DNA of 64,000 nucleotides from a bacterium (GTDB taxonomy: Bacteria > Verrucomicrobiota > Verrucomicrobiia > Limisphaerales > UBA11358): NCBI GenBank assembly GCA_021813325.1, contig JAKALA010000016.1, forward strand, positions 82-64,081, in the 5' to 3' direction. Shown here piece after piece: positions 20,142 to 30,011 of this stretch. Below the pieces are notes generated by a model. That model was not told the DNA's origin. It ran no database searches and saw nothing but the letters and a program-made list of their open reading frames with translations. Position numbers and translations under genes: made by a program. Numbering within the stretch: the stretch's first letter is position 1; every line of letters starts with the position of its first letter.

Positions 20142-20894
20142 ATGAAACGCATCTGGCTGATCTTGGGACTTGCCGTTTTCACGCCCGCCTGGCTTCAAGC
20201 CGAACCCGAACTCAAAGGCACCGCCTCGGACCTGGCTCAAATCATCACGTCCATTCCCCAAACCGTTTTGGTGACGGGCGAATCGGAAGTGCGCATTCCC
20301 GCCTCGCGCGCCGTCGTCAATTTGTCCGTCATTACCGAAAACAAATCCTTGCAGGAGGCGCTTCGGCAAAACGCTGAAGTCCGCTCCAAAATTACGGCCG
20401 AACTAAAGTTGCAGGGCATTCCGCTCGACCGCATTCAGACTTCGCGCTTCTCCTCCACGCCCAAATTCGGCTTGTGGGGCGACAAAGCCAAAAGTTACCG
20501 GGTGGAAAACGTCATGCGGATCTCGGTGCAGGATGAAAAGGAATTTCGCGGCGTCGCCAAGGTGGTGGACAGTTTTGCCGAAGTAAATTATTCCGGCGTC
20601 GAATTTGAATACAGCGATCAGGAAGTCTCCAAAGCCAAGGCCATTGGCCAGGCGTGCGACAATGCGGAAAGCCGCAAGAAAATTTACGAAGAGCATCTCG
20701 GACTCAAGCTCGCCGCCAAACGATTTTCCGAGGGTGCCGTGGCGGAAAAGGAAACCATGCCAGCCCTACGCAAAGCGAATTACGACAGTTTTTCACGGGA
20801 AGCATCGTCCTCAGTGCAGGAATCCGTATCCTCGTTTGGCGAGATGGTTTACACTGCCAAAGTGAGTGTGGAATACCAGGTGGAAGCCCAATAA
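20142..20894 (+). CDS. SIMPL (DUF541) domain periplasmic protein
   Basis: Signal peptide MKRIWLILGLAVFTPAWLQA. VLVTGESEVRIPASRAVVNLSVITENKSLQEAL... matches the SIMPL pattern. Confidence 0.7.
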   Translation: MKRIWLILGLAVFTPAWLQAEPELKGTASDLAQIITSIPQTVLVTGESEVRIPASRAVVNLSVITENKSLQEALRQNAEVRSKITAELKLQGIPLDRIQTSRFSSTPKFGLWGDKAKSYRVENVMRISVQDEKEFRGVAKVVDSFAEVNYSGVEFEYSDQEVSKAKAIGQACDNAESRKKIYEEHLGLKLAAKRFSEGAVAEKETMPALRKANYDSFSREASSSVQESVSSFGEMVYTAKVSVEYQVEAQ

Positions 20895-20925
20895 TCTCAC
20901 ATAACGCGGCAGGCGGGCACGGCGG

Positions 20926-21778
20926 TCAATCCGTCGCTTTTCCGTTGCCCAGCCAGAGCAGGCTGTCGAGGATCAGCCGGTTTTGAATCTCGTTCTTGAA
21001 GGTGAACGATAATTCACGATTGCTGTTGTGCTCGTAGTCAATGTCGTTGTGGCCCATGTTGACGTAGATCATCCGGAAATTTTTGTTCGCCCAAACCACG
21101 GGGTAATATCCGCTGTGCCAAATTTCCCAAGGCTTTGGCCCGGTGCCCAGCGGAAAGCTGGCCGGATCGACGGACAACAGGATTTTGATGTTCGCATTCG
21201 TCCGCAAATCATGCTCCCACCGATACCATTCATTGGGGGACGACGTGAACGTCTTTGGCAAATGCCGCGTGGCTGGATGATCAGCATCTTCCACCCGCAG
21301 CACCGCAGCAGTGGGTCGCCATGTGTTGCTCACATATTGCCCCGATCCCAGAAAAGTTTCGCGATACCAGTCCCAGTTTTGCGGACAGCTTGATGGCGTG
21401 AGCGCAAACGCGGCAAAGTGAAATCCCATCCAGGCTCCGCCATGTTCCATGTAATACTCAAAAGCCTGCCGCTGATCAGTAGCTTCGGGCCGGGGTATCC
21501 AAAAACAAAACCACCTGGTAGCGGGACAGGAAGTTGGTGTTCAGATCGGCCCAATTCGTCGTGGCCTCGTAGCTGAAATGATGTTGTCTGGCCACCCGCA
21601 GAAACCACCGGTTGGCCTCGTGAACAAAGCTGATGTGCGCCTGGTCATTGCGTCCCGTGTGGAACGCAATCACCTTGAACGCCGGCACCGCGCTTGCTTC
21701 CGCCCGCCCGCAAAGGGCAAACAAATTCAGCCCAAGGAACACCATCAACGCCCGCAGCAAGCTCATTTCTAGAGCCAT
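20926..21778 (-). pseudogene. ThuA-like (trehalose-utilisation / class-I glutamine-amidotransferase-like) gene split by a 1-nt frameshift
   Basis: ORFs 21476..21778 (...YQVVLFLDTPARSY*) and 20926..21450 (MEHGGAWMGFHFAAF...). Removing one G from the GGGG run at 21492-21495 gives a continuous ...VVLFLDTRPEATDQRQAFEYYMEHGGAWMGFH..., a normal ThuA-like sequence of about 283 aa. Confidence 0.75.
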
Positions 21779-21812
21779 AAATCGCGATCAGCCAAGGCCA
21801 GCCTTTCTCCGT

Positions 21813-24722
21813 TTACGGCAGGCTCGGGCGCGGCTCGCACGGCTGAGTTTTGACCGTGAGGGTCGCGGGAGTCAGACCATCGGCCGTGGCGGTAAGCTTC
21901 ATTTCGCCGGCGTCTTTGCTGGATTGCACCATGATTTGAGCCAGGCCATTGAACAGACTGCGCGACCAGGGAGACACCGTTTGTTTGCCAACCAGCTCCA
22001 CGTTTACATCAATGTTCAGACCGCCGATGCCCGCATCATTCTTCACCGCCACCGCAATAATGTTGTCGCCGGCGTGCAATGCCTTTTTGATGCCGAACAA
22101 TGGTTGTGCCTGCCAGTCGTGCGATTCGCCCACAAACTGATCGTTCACATAATACCAGCCGTTATCATCGCAACCCGTGAAACGGATTTGAATGTCGGGA
22201 TTATTCAAATCTGCCTCGGTCAACTTCACATGCGCCCGGTAAATGGCGGTTTGATTCTCGCGCAACACCATTTCTCCCGTATCGCCATCCGTTTTGGGCT
22301 TGATAGTATTCCAGCCCGAATCGTCAAAATCAGTGGCAAATTCCGGAGCCGTTGCCCCCTTCGCCGGCAGGCTGGCCAGCTTCCAACGCCAGTCGTTCAC
22401 CGGAACCGCGCGCACCGGCAGCTTGGGCACATACGTGTCCGGCTCGTGACAGCTCGGGTCGCCATTGCCAACACCCAAAATCTTGCCGGCGCCTTCAATC
22501 GCAAAATGAATGTTGTTCTGCGCATCCGGCACGGCGCGGCCTTGCGCATCCAGTGCGGAAACCGTGATCACGCTGACATCCTCCCCGTCGGCGTTGATCG
22601 TCTGACGATCAGGCACGAGCTGGATTTGCGTGGCGGGGCCGGTCGTTTCAACCTGGGCCTGGGCAATTTCATTGCCCGCCGCGTCATAACCCTTGGCGCT
22701 CAATGTCCCCGGCGCGTATTTCACCTGCCAGGTCAACTTGGAATTTGGCTTCATCGTCTGGCGGCCAAGCGATTGGCCATTCAGGAATAACTCCACTTCA
22801 TGGCAGTTGCTCAAGGCGTCCACGCGGATTTCCTGACCTTCCTTGCCCGGCCAGTTCCAGTGCGGCAACAGGTGCAACACGGTGTTGGTGGTCCACCACG
22901 ACTGGTAATAATAAAAGTTGTCCTTCGGGAAGCCGCAGGTGTCGAGAATGCCGAAATGCGAATTGATGCACGGCCACGAATACGGGGTCGGCTCGCCGCG
23001 ATAATCGAAACCGGTCCAGACAAAGCCGCCGCTCAACCACGGACGGGTGGCGAAAACGCTCCACCATTCTTCGGCGGTGTTGGCCCAGCTTGGCGCGTTC
23101 ACGTCGTAGGCGCTCACATAGCCGTGCGCCGTGTCGTTGGCATAAATGCCGCGCGTGCTGACGGTGCTGCCTTGTTCGGTGCCGACTTCCGGCTGGTCGG
23201 GATGCTTGGCGTGATAACTGTCCATGTCCTTCCCATAGTGCGCGGCGTCCTTGCCGACATGATAATTCCAGCCGCGCACTTCGATGACGCCGTTGATCCC
23301 GGCAAACGTGTCCCCTTCCGGCGCCGCATACGTCACCGGCCGGGTCGGGTCCAGGCGCTTCACATAATCCTGCATCGTCCGCGCCACATTCGCGCCCTGC
23401 GGCGAATCCTGCACGGAGAATTCCTCGTTGGCCACGCTCCAGATGGCGACGCTGGCGTGATTGCGGTCACGGCGAATCTGGTCGTCCCACTTCTGGAGAT
23501 TCTGCGCGTCGCTGCCGAGCAGGCGGCTCTCGTCCATGATCAACATGCCAAGTTGATCACAGGCATCCAGCAGTTCCGGCGTGGGCGGATTGTGCGAGGT
23601 GCGGATGGCGTTGCAGCCAAATTCCTTCAATTTCTTCACGCGGAAATATTGCAGCTCATCTGGCAATGCAGCACCGACGCCCGCCATGTCCTGATGATTG
23701 CAGGTGCCTTTCAATTCGTAAGGCTGGCCGTTCAGGAGAAAGCCCTTGTTCGCGTCGAAGGCAAAGGTGCGGATGCCGAAGGTGGTTTCTTTTTGGTCAA
23801 CCACCTTGCCGTCCATCGCCACGGTCGTGATCAATTTGTAAAGCCTGGGCGATTCTGGCGACCAAAGCGTGGGCTGATTGAAAATGACGGCCGATTTGAC
23901 CGCGCTGCTGGAATGGGCTTTGGCCTGGGCATCTTGTTCCAGCTTGGCGACGGATTGACCCTCCGGACTGATGATTTCTTGCGACACGGTCAATTGGGAA
24001 GGATTCTGTTGTGAGTCTAACAAACTGGTTTCGATGGCTACTTCGACCTTGTCCGAGGGCACATTGCGTTCGAATTTGCTATAAACAAACACCCCATTCG
24101 GCGCGATGGCCACCGGACTGGTTTTGTCCAGCCAAACGTGGCGATAAATCCCCGCGCCTTCGTAAAACCAGCCTTCAAACTTGCTCGCATCCACTTCCAC
24201 AGAAATCACGTTCTTGCCGCCAAAATGCACCACGTCCGAAATATCCTCCCGAAACGGGTAATAACCACCATCGTGCTGGGTCACCAGCCAGCCATTAACC
24301 CAAACCGTGGCGTGACGAAACACGCCATCAAACGTCAGCCAGATGCGTTTGCCCGCATCTTCCTTCGACAATTCAAACGTGCGGCGATACCAGCCAATGC
24401 TGTTCTTCGGGAAACCCGGCCCCACGGGTTTAAAACCGTGGCTGCCATCAGCCGATTTGTCGAACGGCAGTTCAATGGCCCAGTCATGCGGCAAATTCAC
24501 CGAACGCCACGAGTTGTCGCTGAATTTCGCCGAGGCCGGACCGCGGCTGTCGCCGGCCTTGGCCAAATCCAGGGCATTGGGCCAGTCATCGCCCAGATGA
24601 AATTTCCAATTGTCGTCCAGCGAAAGATGTTCCCGGGGGGAATCCGCGGCCAAAATGGCCGGAGCCAGCAACACAGCACAGGTCACAGCCAAAATCGAGC
24701 GAAGGAAGGGAGTGATTTGCAT
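21813..24722 (-). CDS. Glycoside hydrolase family 2 (beta-galactosidase-like), secreted
   Basis: True start is the ATG at 24722 (MQITPFLRSILAVTCAVLLAPAILA). GH2 signatures DDNWKFHLGD, WYRRTF, NAIRTSHNPP and HASVAIWSVANEE. Ig-like and discoidin-like C-terminal modules. Confidence 0.9.
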   Translation of the reverse strand: MQITPFLRSILAVTCAVLLAPAILAADSPREHLSLDDNWKFHLGDDWPNALDLAKAGDSRGPASAKFSDNSWRSVNLPHDWAIELPFDKSADGSHGFKPVGPGFPKNSIGWYRRTFELSKEDAGKRIWLTFDGVFRHATVWVNGWLVTQHDGGYYPFREDISDVVHFGGKNVISVEVDASKFEGWFYEGAGIYRHVWLDKTSPVAIAPNGVFVYSKFERNVPSDKVEVAIETSLLDSQQNPSQLTVSQEIISPEGQSVAKLEQDAQAKAHSSSAVKSAVIFNQPTLWSPESPRLYKLITTVAMDGKVVDQKETTFGIRTFAFDANKGFLLNGQPYELKGTCNHQDMAGVGAALPDELQYFRVKKLKEFGCNAIRTSHNPPTPELLDACDQLGMLIMDESRLLGSDAQNLQKWDDQIRRDRNHASVAIWSVANEEFSVQDSPQGANVARTMQDYVKRLDPTRPVTYAAPEGDTFAGINGVIEVRGWNYHVGKDAAHYGKDMDSYHAKHPDQPEVGTEQGSTVSTRGIYANDTAHGYVSAYDVNAPSWANTAEEWWSVFATRPWLSGGFVWTGFDYRGEPTPYSWPCINSHFGILDTCGFPKDNFYYYQSWWTTNTVLHLLPHWNWPGKEGQEIRVDALSNCHEVELFLNGQSLGRQTMKPNSKLTWQVKYAPGTLSAKGYDAAGNEIAQAQVETTGPATQIQLVPDRQTINADGEDVSVITVSALDAQGRAVPDAQNNIHFAIEGAGKILGVGNGDPSCHEPDTYVPKLPVRAVPVNDWRWKLASLPAKGATAPEFATDFDDSGWNTIKPKTDGDTGEMVLRENQTAIYRAHVKLTEADLNNPDIQIRFTGCDDNGWYYVNDQFVGESHDWQAQPLFGIKKALHAGDNIIAVAVKNDAGIGGLNIDVNVELVGKQTVSPWSRSLFNGLAQIMVQSSKDAGEMKLTATADGLTPATLTVKTQPCEPRPSLP

Positions 24723-24866
24723 GATGCTGAAATTAGGCAAAGCCCGTCCGAAAGCAACGCCAAAGCCTGTCACCAAAATTGAGGATAACCGGCTTTCAGC
24801 CTGATCCCCGACGGTTTGCGTGCGGTAATTCGTTGCCAACCGGCGCGGGCCGGGCAAAATACGGCC

Positions 24867-25352
24867 ATGCATTTCCGGGACAAAATCATTGCGTGGGATG
24901 AGCTGCCCGCCTGGCGCCGGACATTTCGCGCCGGCGGCAAAAAACTCGTCGTCACCAACGGCTGCTTTGACATCCTGCATCTGGGTCATGTGACCTACCT
25001 GGAAAACGCCCGCAATTTCGGCGACGCCCTGCTGATCGGCGTGAACAGCGACGCCGCCGTCAAAGGCTTGAAAGGTCCCAGCCGTCCGGTCAATTCGGAA
25101 CAGGACCGCGCCGCCGTGCTGGCGGCGCTGCAAAGCGTGGACGGCGTTTGCATTTTTACCGACACGGCGGCCACCCAATTCCTCGCCGCCGCCCAGCCGG
25201 ACATTTACGTCAAAGGTGGCGATTATACGCTGGAAACCTTGAATCAGGACGAACGCCGGGCGGTCGAGTCGGCTGGCGGGAAGATCGTTTTGGTGCCCTT
25301 CGTTCCAGGCAAATCCACCACCGGCCTGCTCGAAAAAATCTCGCGGTTGTAA
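24867..25352 (+). CDS. hldC: D-beta-D-heptose 1-phosphate adenylyltransferase (stand-alone RfaE domain II)
   Basis: Cytidylyltransferase-fold motif VVTNGCFDILHLGHVTYLENAR. About 160 aa with no kinase domain. ATG at 24867. Confidence 0.8.
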   Translation: MHFRDKIIAWDELPAWRRTFRAGGKKLVVTNGCFDILHLGHVTYLENARNFGDALLIGVNSDAAVKGLKGPSRPVNSEQDRAAVLAALQSVDGVCIFTDTAATQFLAAAQPDIYVKGGDYTLETLNQDERRAVESAGGKIVLVPFVPGKSTTGLLEKISRL

Positions 25353-25367
25353 TTTTGATTTCCGTTC

Positions 25368-26471
25368 ATGCGTTTTCTGATGCTCAACTGGCGCGACCCG
25401 CATAATCCACTTGGCGGCGGCGCCGAACGGGTCACTCACGCCTACCTCAAAGCCCTGGTGGAGCGCGGCCACGAAGCGTATTGGTTCGCCAATGACTTTC
25501 CGGGAGCCGCCCGCGAAGATGTGATTGAAGGCGTCAAAATCGTGCGCGGTGGCGGCAAAGGCACTTCGGTTTTAAAGGCCATTCAGTGGTATCGAACGCA
25601 GCCGCGTTTTGACCTGGTGATCGACCAGCATCACGGCATTCCGTGGTATGCGCCATGGTGGTGCAAGACCCACTGCGTCGCGTTTATCCACGAAGTGCTC
25701 GGGCCGATCTGGTCTTCCTTTTATCCCTGGCCGTTGAGCACCGTTGGCCGCAGCCAGGAACGTTGGACCCACTGGCTTTACCGCCGGGTGCCCTTTTGGA
25801 CGGCGTGCAAAGCGACATACGATTGTTTGACCGAGCATGGCGTGCAATCCATCCAAATGATTCCTTACGGGGTGGACACCACCGCCATCCCGGAACTGGA
25901 CGAAAAGCCATTAAATTTGCCGCTGCGTCTGGTGGCCGTCTCACGGCTCGCGCCCAACAAACGCATCGATCACGCCGTCCGCACCATGCGATGCCTGAAG
26001 GATCGAAATATTCCGGCACAATTGACCATTGTCGGCACGGGCGAAACGGAAGGTCTGTTGCGCGGCCTGGTGAAAACCTTGCAATTGGAAGAATGCGTGA
26101 CATTCGCCGGCACCCTTTCAGAAATAGCCAAGGACGAAACGTTGCGCCAGGCACATTTTCTTCTCCACACCTCGGTGCGGGAAGGCTGGGGATTAAACGT
26201 GATCGAAGCCAATGCCATGGGCACCAGCGCCGTGGTGTATCCGGTGGCTGGCCTGGTGGAATCCACCCTGCACGATCAAACCGGCATCGTTGCCGCCAAC
26301 GAAACCCCTGAAGCCATTGCAGAAGCCCTGGCCGGCATTTTAAAACAGCCCGAAAAATATCAACTCTATCGCCGGCAAGCCTGGGAACGCGCCAAAACGT
26401 TTCATTGGAGCCAGGTGCTCGCCAACTCCAGCGCCTGGCTGGAAAAAATGGCCGCCGGAAAATCAAAATAA
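25368..26471 (+). CDS. GT-B glycosyltransferase (family 4-like)
   Basis: N-terminal GGGAERV and the C-terminal EX7E region SVREGWGLNVIEANAMG. Confidence 0.85.
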   Translation: MRFLMLNWRDPHNPLGGGAERVTHAYLKALVERGHEAYWFANDFPGAAREDVIEGVKIVRGGGKGTSVLKAIQWYRTQPRFDLVIDQHHGIPWYAPWWCKTHCVAFIHEVLGPIWSSFYPWPLSTVGRSQERWTHWLYRRVPFWTACKATYDCLTEHGVQSIQMIPYGVDTTAIPELDEKPLNLPLRLVAVSRLAPNKRIDHAVRTMRCLKDRNIPAQLTIVGTGETEGLLRGLVKTLQLEECVTFAGTLSEIAKDETLRQAHFLLHTSVREGWGLNVIEANAMGTSAVVYPVAGLVESTLHDQTGIVAANETPEAIAEALAGILKQPEKYQLYRRQAWERAKTFHWSQVLANSSAWLEKMAAGKSK

Positions 26472-26520
26472 TCCGGCGGCGAAATCTGAAGAACGCCGGC
26501 AGCCGCGCCGACGTTGATGC

Positions 26521-27243
26521 CTACAACTTGAACCCGGCGGCGTGTGCGTCATTGGCAAACATTTTCACCGTGTCGAGCGAAAGTTCGCCAAGATCCATGC
26601 CCGCCATTTTGAGCGCCTTGGCCAGCACGTCGTGGGTGGCGGTGACAATGTGACAGCCGCAATCATTGGCCTGGAAAATATTCAGCACCTCGCGCACGCT
26701 CGCCCAGAGCAGTTCCGCCTGCGGCAATCCGGCAAGGATCTTTTTGCTCTCCGCCATCACGCCGACCGGATCAACCCCCGTGTCCGCGATGCGGCCGGCA
26801 AAGACCGAAACCACCGCCGGAACCGCCGGATTCAATGCAGCCGCGACACCGCGCACCTGGTCCAGAGTCAAAATCGCCGTCACATTCAACTTCACGCCTT
26901 CGCTGGCCAGATCTTTCACCAGCGGCAGCGAGGATTCACCGCGTGTGTTGGTGATGGGAATTTTGACGTAAACGTTCTTCGCCCAGCTGTTGATCTTCAG
27001 CGCCTGACGCTTCATCTCGGGAAATTCATCCGAAAAAACTTCCAGCGACAACGGCTTGACCGTGATCGTTTGGAGCACGTCGCGCGCAAACGCCTCGAAA
27101 TCCGTCAGCCCCGCCTTGCGCATGAGCGTGGGGTTGGTCGTCATGCCCTGGATCAGCGGATTGGCATTCAGTTCGAGCATGCCTTGTTTGTCCGCGCCGT
27201 CGGCAAAAATCTTGATCGTCAAATCTTTCAGCGTTCGCTTCAT
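26521..27243 (-). CDS. Transaldolase-family protein (short Fsa/TalC-like type)
   Basis: IFADGAD, GMTTNPTL, Schiff-base lysine context YVKIPIT, VSVFAGRI. ATG at 27243. Confidence 0.8.
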   Translation of the reverse strand: MKRTLKDLTIKIFADGADKQGMLELNANPLIQGMTTNPTLMRKAGLTDFEAFARDVLQTITVKPLSLEVFSDEFPEMKRQALKINSWAKNVYVKIPITNTRGESSLPLVKDLASEGVKLNVTAILTLDQVRGVAAALNPAVPAVVSVFAGRIADTGVDPVGVMAESKKILAGLPQAELLWASVREVLNIFQANDCGCHIVTATHDVLAKALKMAGMDLGELSLDTVKMFANDAHAAGFKL

Positions 27244-27247
27244 AAAA

Positions 27248-27838
27248 CTAAAAACCACGTTGCGTTTGGGTCAGAATAATGTCAGCAGCTTCCCCCAGAT
27301 TGCGAGCGGAAAAATCAGGTTTTTGCTTCAATTCCTCGGCATATCCCCGATTGATGAAAATGGTCCGGCAACCGGCCGCATGACCGCAATCCACATCGCG
27401 CCAGCGGTCACCCACCATCCAGCTTTGCGCCAGGTCGATGTTCCACTCCCGCGCCGCGCGCAGCAACATGCCCGGCTTGGGTTTGCGACAGTCGCATTCT
27501 GACAGCCCCTTGCCCGGATGAAAACACACCTCCACCCGGTCAATGGGCAATTGTTTCAGCATGTGGGCATGAATTCCGTCCACCACTTCCTGCCGCAGCG
27601 TGCCGCGGCCCACGTCAGGTTGGTTGGTGGCCACCACCAGCAAAAAACCGGCAGCCTTCAACCTGGCGCACGCCGCCGGAACTTCGGAAAGAATCTGAAA
27701 GTCTGCCAGCGTGGTGGGCGGATAGGGTTTTCCTTCGTGCTCCAGAGCGCGATTAACCACGCCATCGCGGTCGAGAAACACAGCCTTATTCACCAGTTGC
27801 AACTTATTTGGTTTTAACACACAAAATGGCGGCGGCAT
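27248..27838 (-). CDS. gmhB: D-glycero-D-manno-heptose 1,7-bisphosphate phosphatase (HAD-IIIA)
   Basis: AVFLDRDGVVN, VVATNQPDVGRG, a C-x-C-RKP zinc-loop region and MVGDRWRD. Start at 27838 is uncertain and overlaps the upstream methyltransferase gene. Confidence 0.85.
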   Translation of the reverse strand: MPPPFCVLKPNKLQLVNKAVFLDRDGVVNRALEHEGKPYPPTTLADFQILSEVPAACARLKAAGFLLVVATNQPDVGRGTLRQEVVDGIHAHMLKQLPIDRVEVCFHPGKGLSECDCRKPKPGMLLRAAREWNIDLAQSWMVGDRWRDVDCGHAAGCRTIFINRGYAEELKQKPDFSARNLGEAADIILTQTQRGF

Positions 27839-28463
27839 GCGAGGGGGACCAACGCGTCCACAAAGCATGACAGAGGAGGCTCAACGCACCCCAGAACAAT
27901 TTGGGGCGCTTTTTCAGCACGTGTTGCTCCCCGCGCATCGCTTTGGGTCCCAACATGCCAGTCACCACATAACCAAACGCTTCCATTTCTTTGGCTTCCC
28001 ACCCTGAAAGATGCTCTTGAAGATTGTTATTCTCGAAGCTGTGCTGTGGCAAAAACCCGTTTGGAGTGAAAAAAACAACCTTCTTCCCGGCAATAGCCTC
28101 CATGCTCCTCATCATGCGCAACCCATCCGCCTTTGTCAGATGCTCGATGACATCCAGGGCAATCACCGTATCGAACTGCCCAGGCCTGAAGTATTGCTCC
28201 AAATCGCGCACATCACCCCATACCACTTCGGCGTGCAACTTTTCTTTGCGCGCCACTTCCAGATAGGGTTCAAACCCATCGATTCCAGTCGAGTGGCTCA
28301 CGCCAATCCATTTCATGTTTGATGACTTGCCACAGCCGACCTCAAGAACCCGTTCCGACCCAGCGAGGGTTTTCCGCAACCACAGCCGATACAAGATTTG
28401 GGCCGGATCCAACCCTAACCTGGCCAAAGTCCAAATAATTGTCCTGCGGCTGTTCATATTCAT
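27804..28463 (-). CDS. Class I SAM-dependent methyltransferase
   Basis: Motif I VLEVGCGKSS and post-I/II FDTVIALDVIEH. Embedded in the heptose operon. Confidence 0.8.
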   Translation of the reverse strand: MNMNSRRTIIWTLARLGLDPAQILYRLWLRKTLAGSERVLEVGCGKSSNMKWIGVSHSTGIDGFEPYLEVARKEKLHAEVVWGDVRDLEQYFRPGQFDTVIALDVIEHLTKADGLRMMRSMEAIAGKKVVFFTPNGFLPQHSFENNNLQEHLSGWEAKEMEAFGYVVTGMLGPKAMRGEQHVLKKRPKLFWGALSLLCHALWTRWSPSHAAAILCVKTK

Positions 28464-28475
28464 TGCGTTAAGACC

Positions 28476-29072
28476 TTATTTTGTCGATTCCCACTTCGTC
28501 TGCGCCATTTTCAATTTCGGGTGCGACACAAGCAAATGCCAGATAACGCCTTGAAACGCCTCGCTGTGCGGCGTGACATGCGAGGGATTCACCGTCGGCA
28601 CGATGACACACGCGGCGGCTTCCTTGGCGGTGTAACCACCGTCGCGGCCGACAATGCCGATGACCGTCGCGCCGACTTGCTTGGCAATCTGGATGGCGTT
28701 GACGAGATTCGGACTGACATTTTTTCCGAGGTTGCCGCCGCCGACGGAAAAGATCAGCAGACCGTCTTTGGCCTTGAGTCGCGAGCCTTTCAGCCATTCG
28801 GCAAAAATCGTCGGCCAGCCCTCATCGTTGGTGCGCGCGGTCAGTTCAGAAACGTTGTCCGTGGGCGCGTAGGCTTCAAAACCACAAATCTTGCGAAAAT
28901 CGTTCACCGCATGACCGGCGTTGCCCGCGCTCCCGCCGACGCCGAGGATGAAGAGCCGTCCGCCACGCGCGCGAATGGCCGCCAGTTCGTCCGCGCATTT
29001 TTCAATGGCGGCCTCGTTCAATTGCGCCGTGACCTGCTGGACTTCGGCCAAAAATTGCTTGGTAAAACTCAT
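28476..29072 (-). CDS. gmhA: Phosphoheptose (sedoheptulose-7-P) isomerase, SIS domain
   Basis: LFILGVGGSAGNAGHAVNDF, LLIFSVGGG, and a length of about 198 aa. Confidence 0.8.
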   Translation of the reverse strand: MSFTKQFLAEVQQVTAQLNEAAIEKCADELAAIRARGGRLFILGVGGSAGNAGHAVNDFRKICGFEAYAPTDNVSELTARTNDEGWPTIFAEWLKGSRLKAKDGLLIFSVGGGNLGKNVSPNLVNAIQIAKQVGATVIGIVGRDGGYTAKEAAACVIVPTVNPSHVTPHSEAFQGVIWHLLVSHPKLKMAQTKWESTK

Positions 29073-29199
29073 GGGGCATCCAAATTACAGGCGGAAAATT
29101 ACGCATTTTGCCGGACGATTGAAAGCGAAGTTTGAACCAAACCGCCAAATCGCGCCCATCGTCGCCAATTAATCAGCGAAGATGGGCGGCAATCAGCGG

Positions 29200-29916
29200 T
29201 TAAAGTTTCTGTTTCCGTAAAAGCGCTTCCAGTTCCGCCAAGCCCGCCGGCGAGCCTATTTCGTGGAAGCGCTCCGGCACTTCGCAGCCCGCGAGCTGCT
29301 TTGCGCGGACGAGCTTGCCCATGACTTCGGCGAGGTCAAACCGCTCATCTGCCGCGTAGCCATCAAAGACGCCCGCCTTGAACAGGCTCAAGCCATAGTC
29401 AATGTGCCGCATCTCTGGCCGGCGGACTTTCTTATCGTAAACCTTGATCTCGCCGTCGGCGAAAACCACGTTGCTCGCATCGTAAAGCCCCTCGTTGCGA
29501 TAGACTGTCATCAGGCCGGGCTTGCCGCTGCGATGAAAAAACTCCGCGACCGGCGCGTATGGGAGGGGCAGATACGAATCGCCGTAGAGGATGAAAAACT
29601 CCTCGCCCAGCTTGGGCAACGCGCGTTTGATGGCGCCACCGGTGCCGAGCAATTTCTCGCCGTCGAAAGAATATTCCAGTTTGATGCCGTAAGCCTCGCT
29701 GCCGAATTCCTGCTGGATCATCTCGCCGAGGTGGCCAAGGCACAGCACCACCTTGCGAATGCCCTGTGCGTGGAGCATTTCCAGTTGACGCGCGAGCATG
29801 GGCCGGCCGGCGACGGGCACCAACGACTTGGGAATTTTCTCCGTGATGGGCCGCAGCCGCGTGGCAAGTCCGCCGGCGAGAATGGCGACGGGAATTTCTG
29901 AAATGGCCTTTGTCAT
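29200..29916 (-). CDS. Sugar-phosphate nucleotidyltransferase (HddC/GDP-heptose-type candidate)
   Basis: N-terminal AILAGGLATRLRPITEKIPKSLVPV (G-x-G-T-R-L). About 238 aa. First gene of the gmhA/gmhB operon. Confidence 0.75.
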   Translation of the reverse strand: MTKAISEIPVAILAGGLATRLRPITEKIPKSLVPVAGRPMLARQLEMLHAQGIRKVVLCLGHLGEMIQQEFGSEAYGIKLEYSFDGEKLLGTGGAIKRALPKLGEEFFILYGDSYLPLPYAPVAEFFHRSGKPGLMTVYRNEGLYDASNVVFADGEIKVYDKKVRRPEMRHIDYGLSLFKAGVFDGYAADERFDLAEVMGKLVRAKQLAGCEVPERFHEIGSPAGLAELEALLRKQKL

Positions 29917-29940
29917 TTTACAGTCGTGTGCAACATTTGG

Positions 29941-30011
29941 CGCGCTCCCTCACCTTTGTCCTCCCGAAGTAAATGTTGGTATGACTACACGCACACATCA
30001 GCATGAATATA
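29941..30011. repeat. Left arm of a 71-bp inverted repeat flanking the IS core
   Basis: By hand count, 61 of 71 positions equal the reverse complement of 31046-31116. The inner 50 bp are nearly identical (...GAAGTAAATGTTGGTATGACTACACGCACACATCAGCATGAATATA). Confidence 0.8.

Noticed and set aside
21330-21608. 92-aa minus-strand ORF bridging the two ThuA-like fragments
   Set aside because: It is simply the downstream fragment's reading frame extended upstream across the frameshift site, so it is not an independent gene.
24723-25472. The 1219-aa ORF 21813..25472 extends 250 codons upstream of the GH2 gene
   Set aside because: The extension has no protein-like features and lies antisense to the well-supported hldC-like gene and the start of the GT4 gene. 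A proper ATG with a signal peptide (MQITPFLRSILAV...) occurs at 24722.
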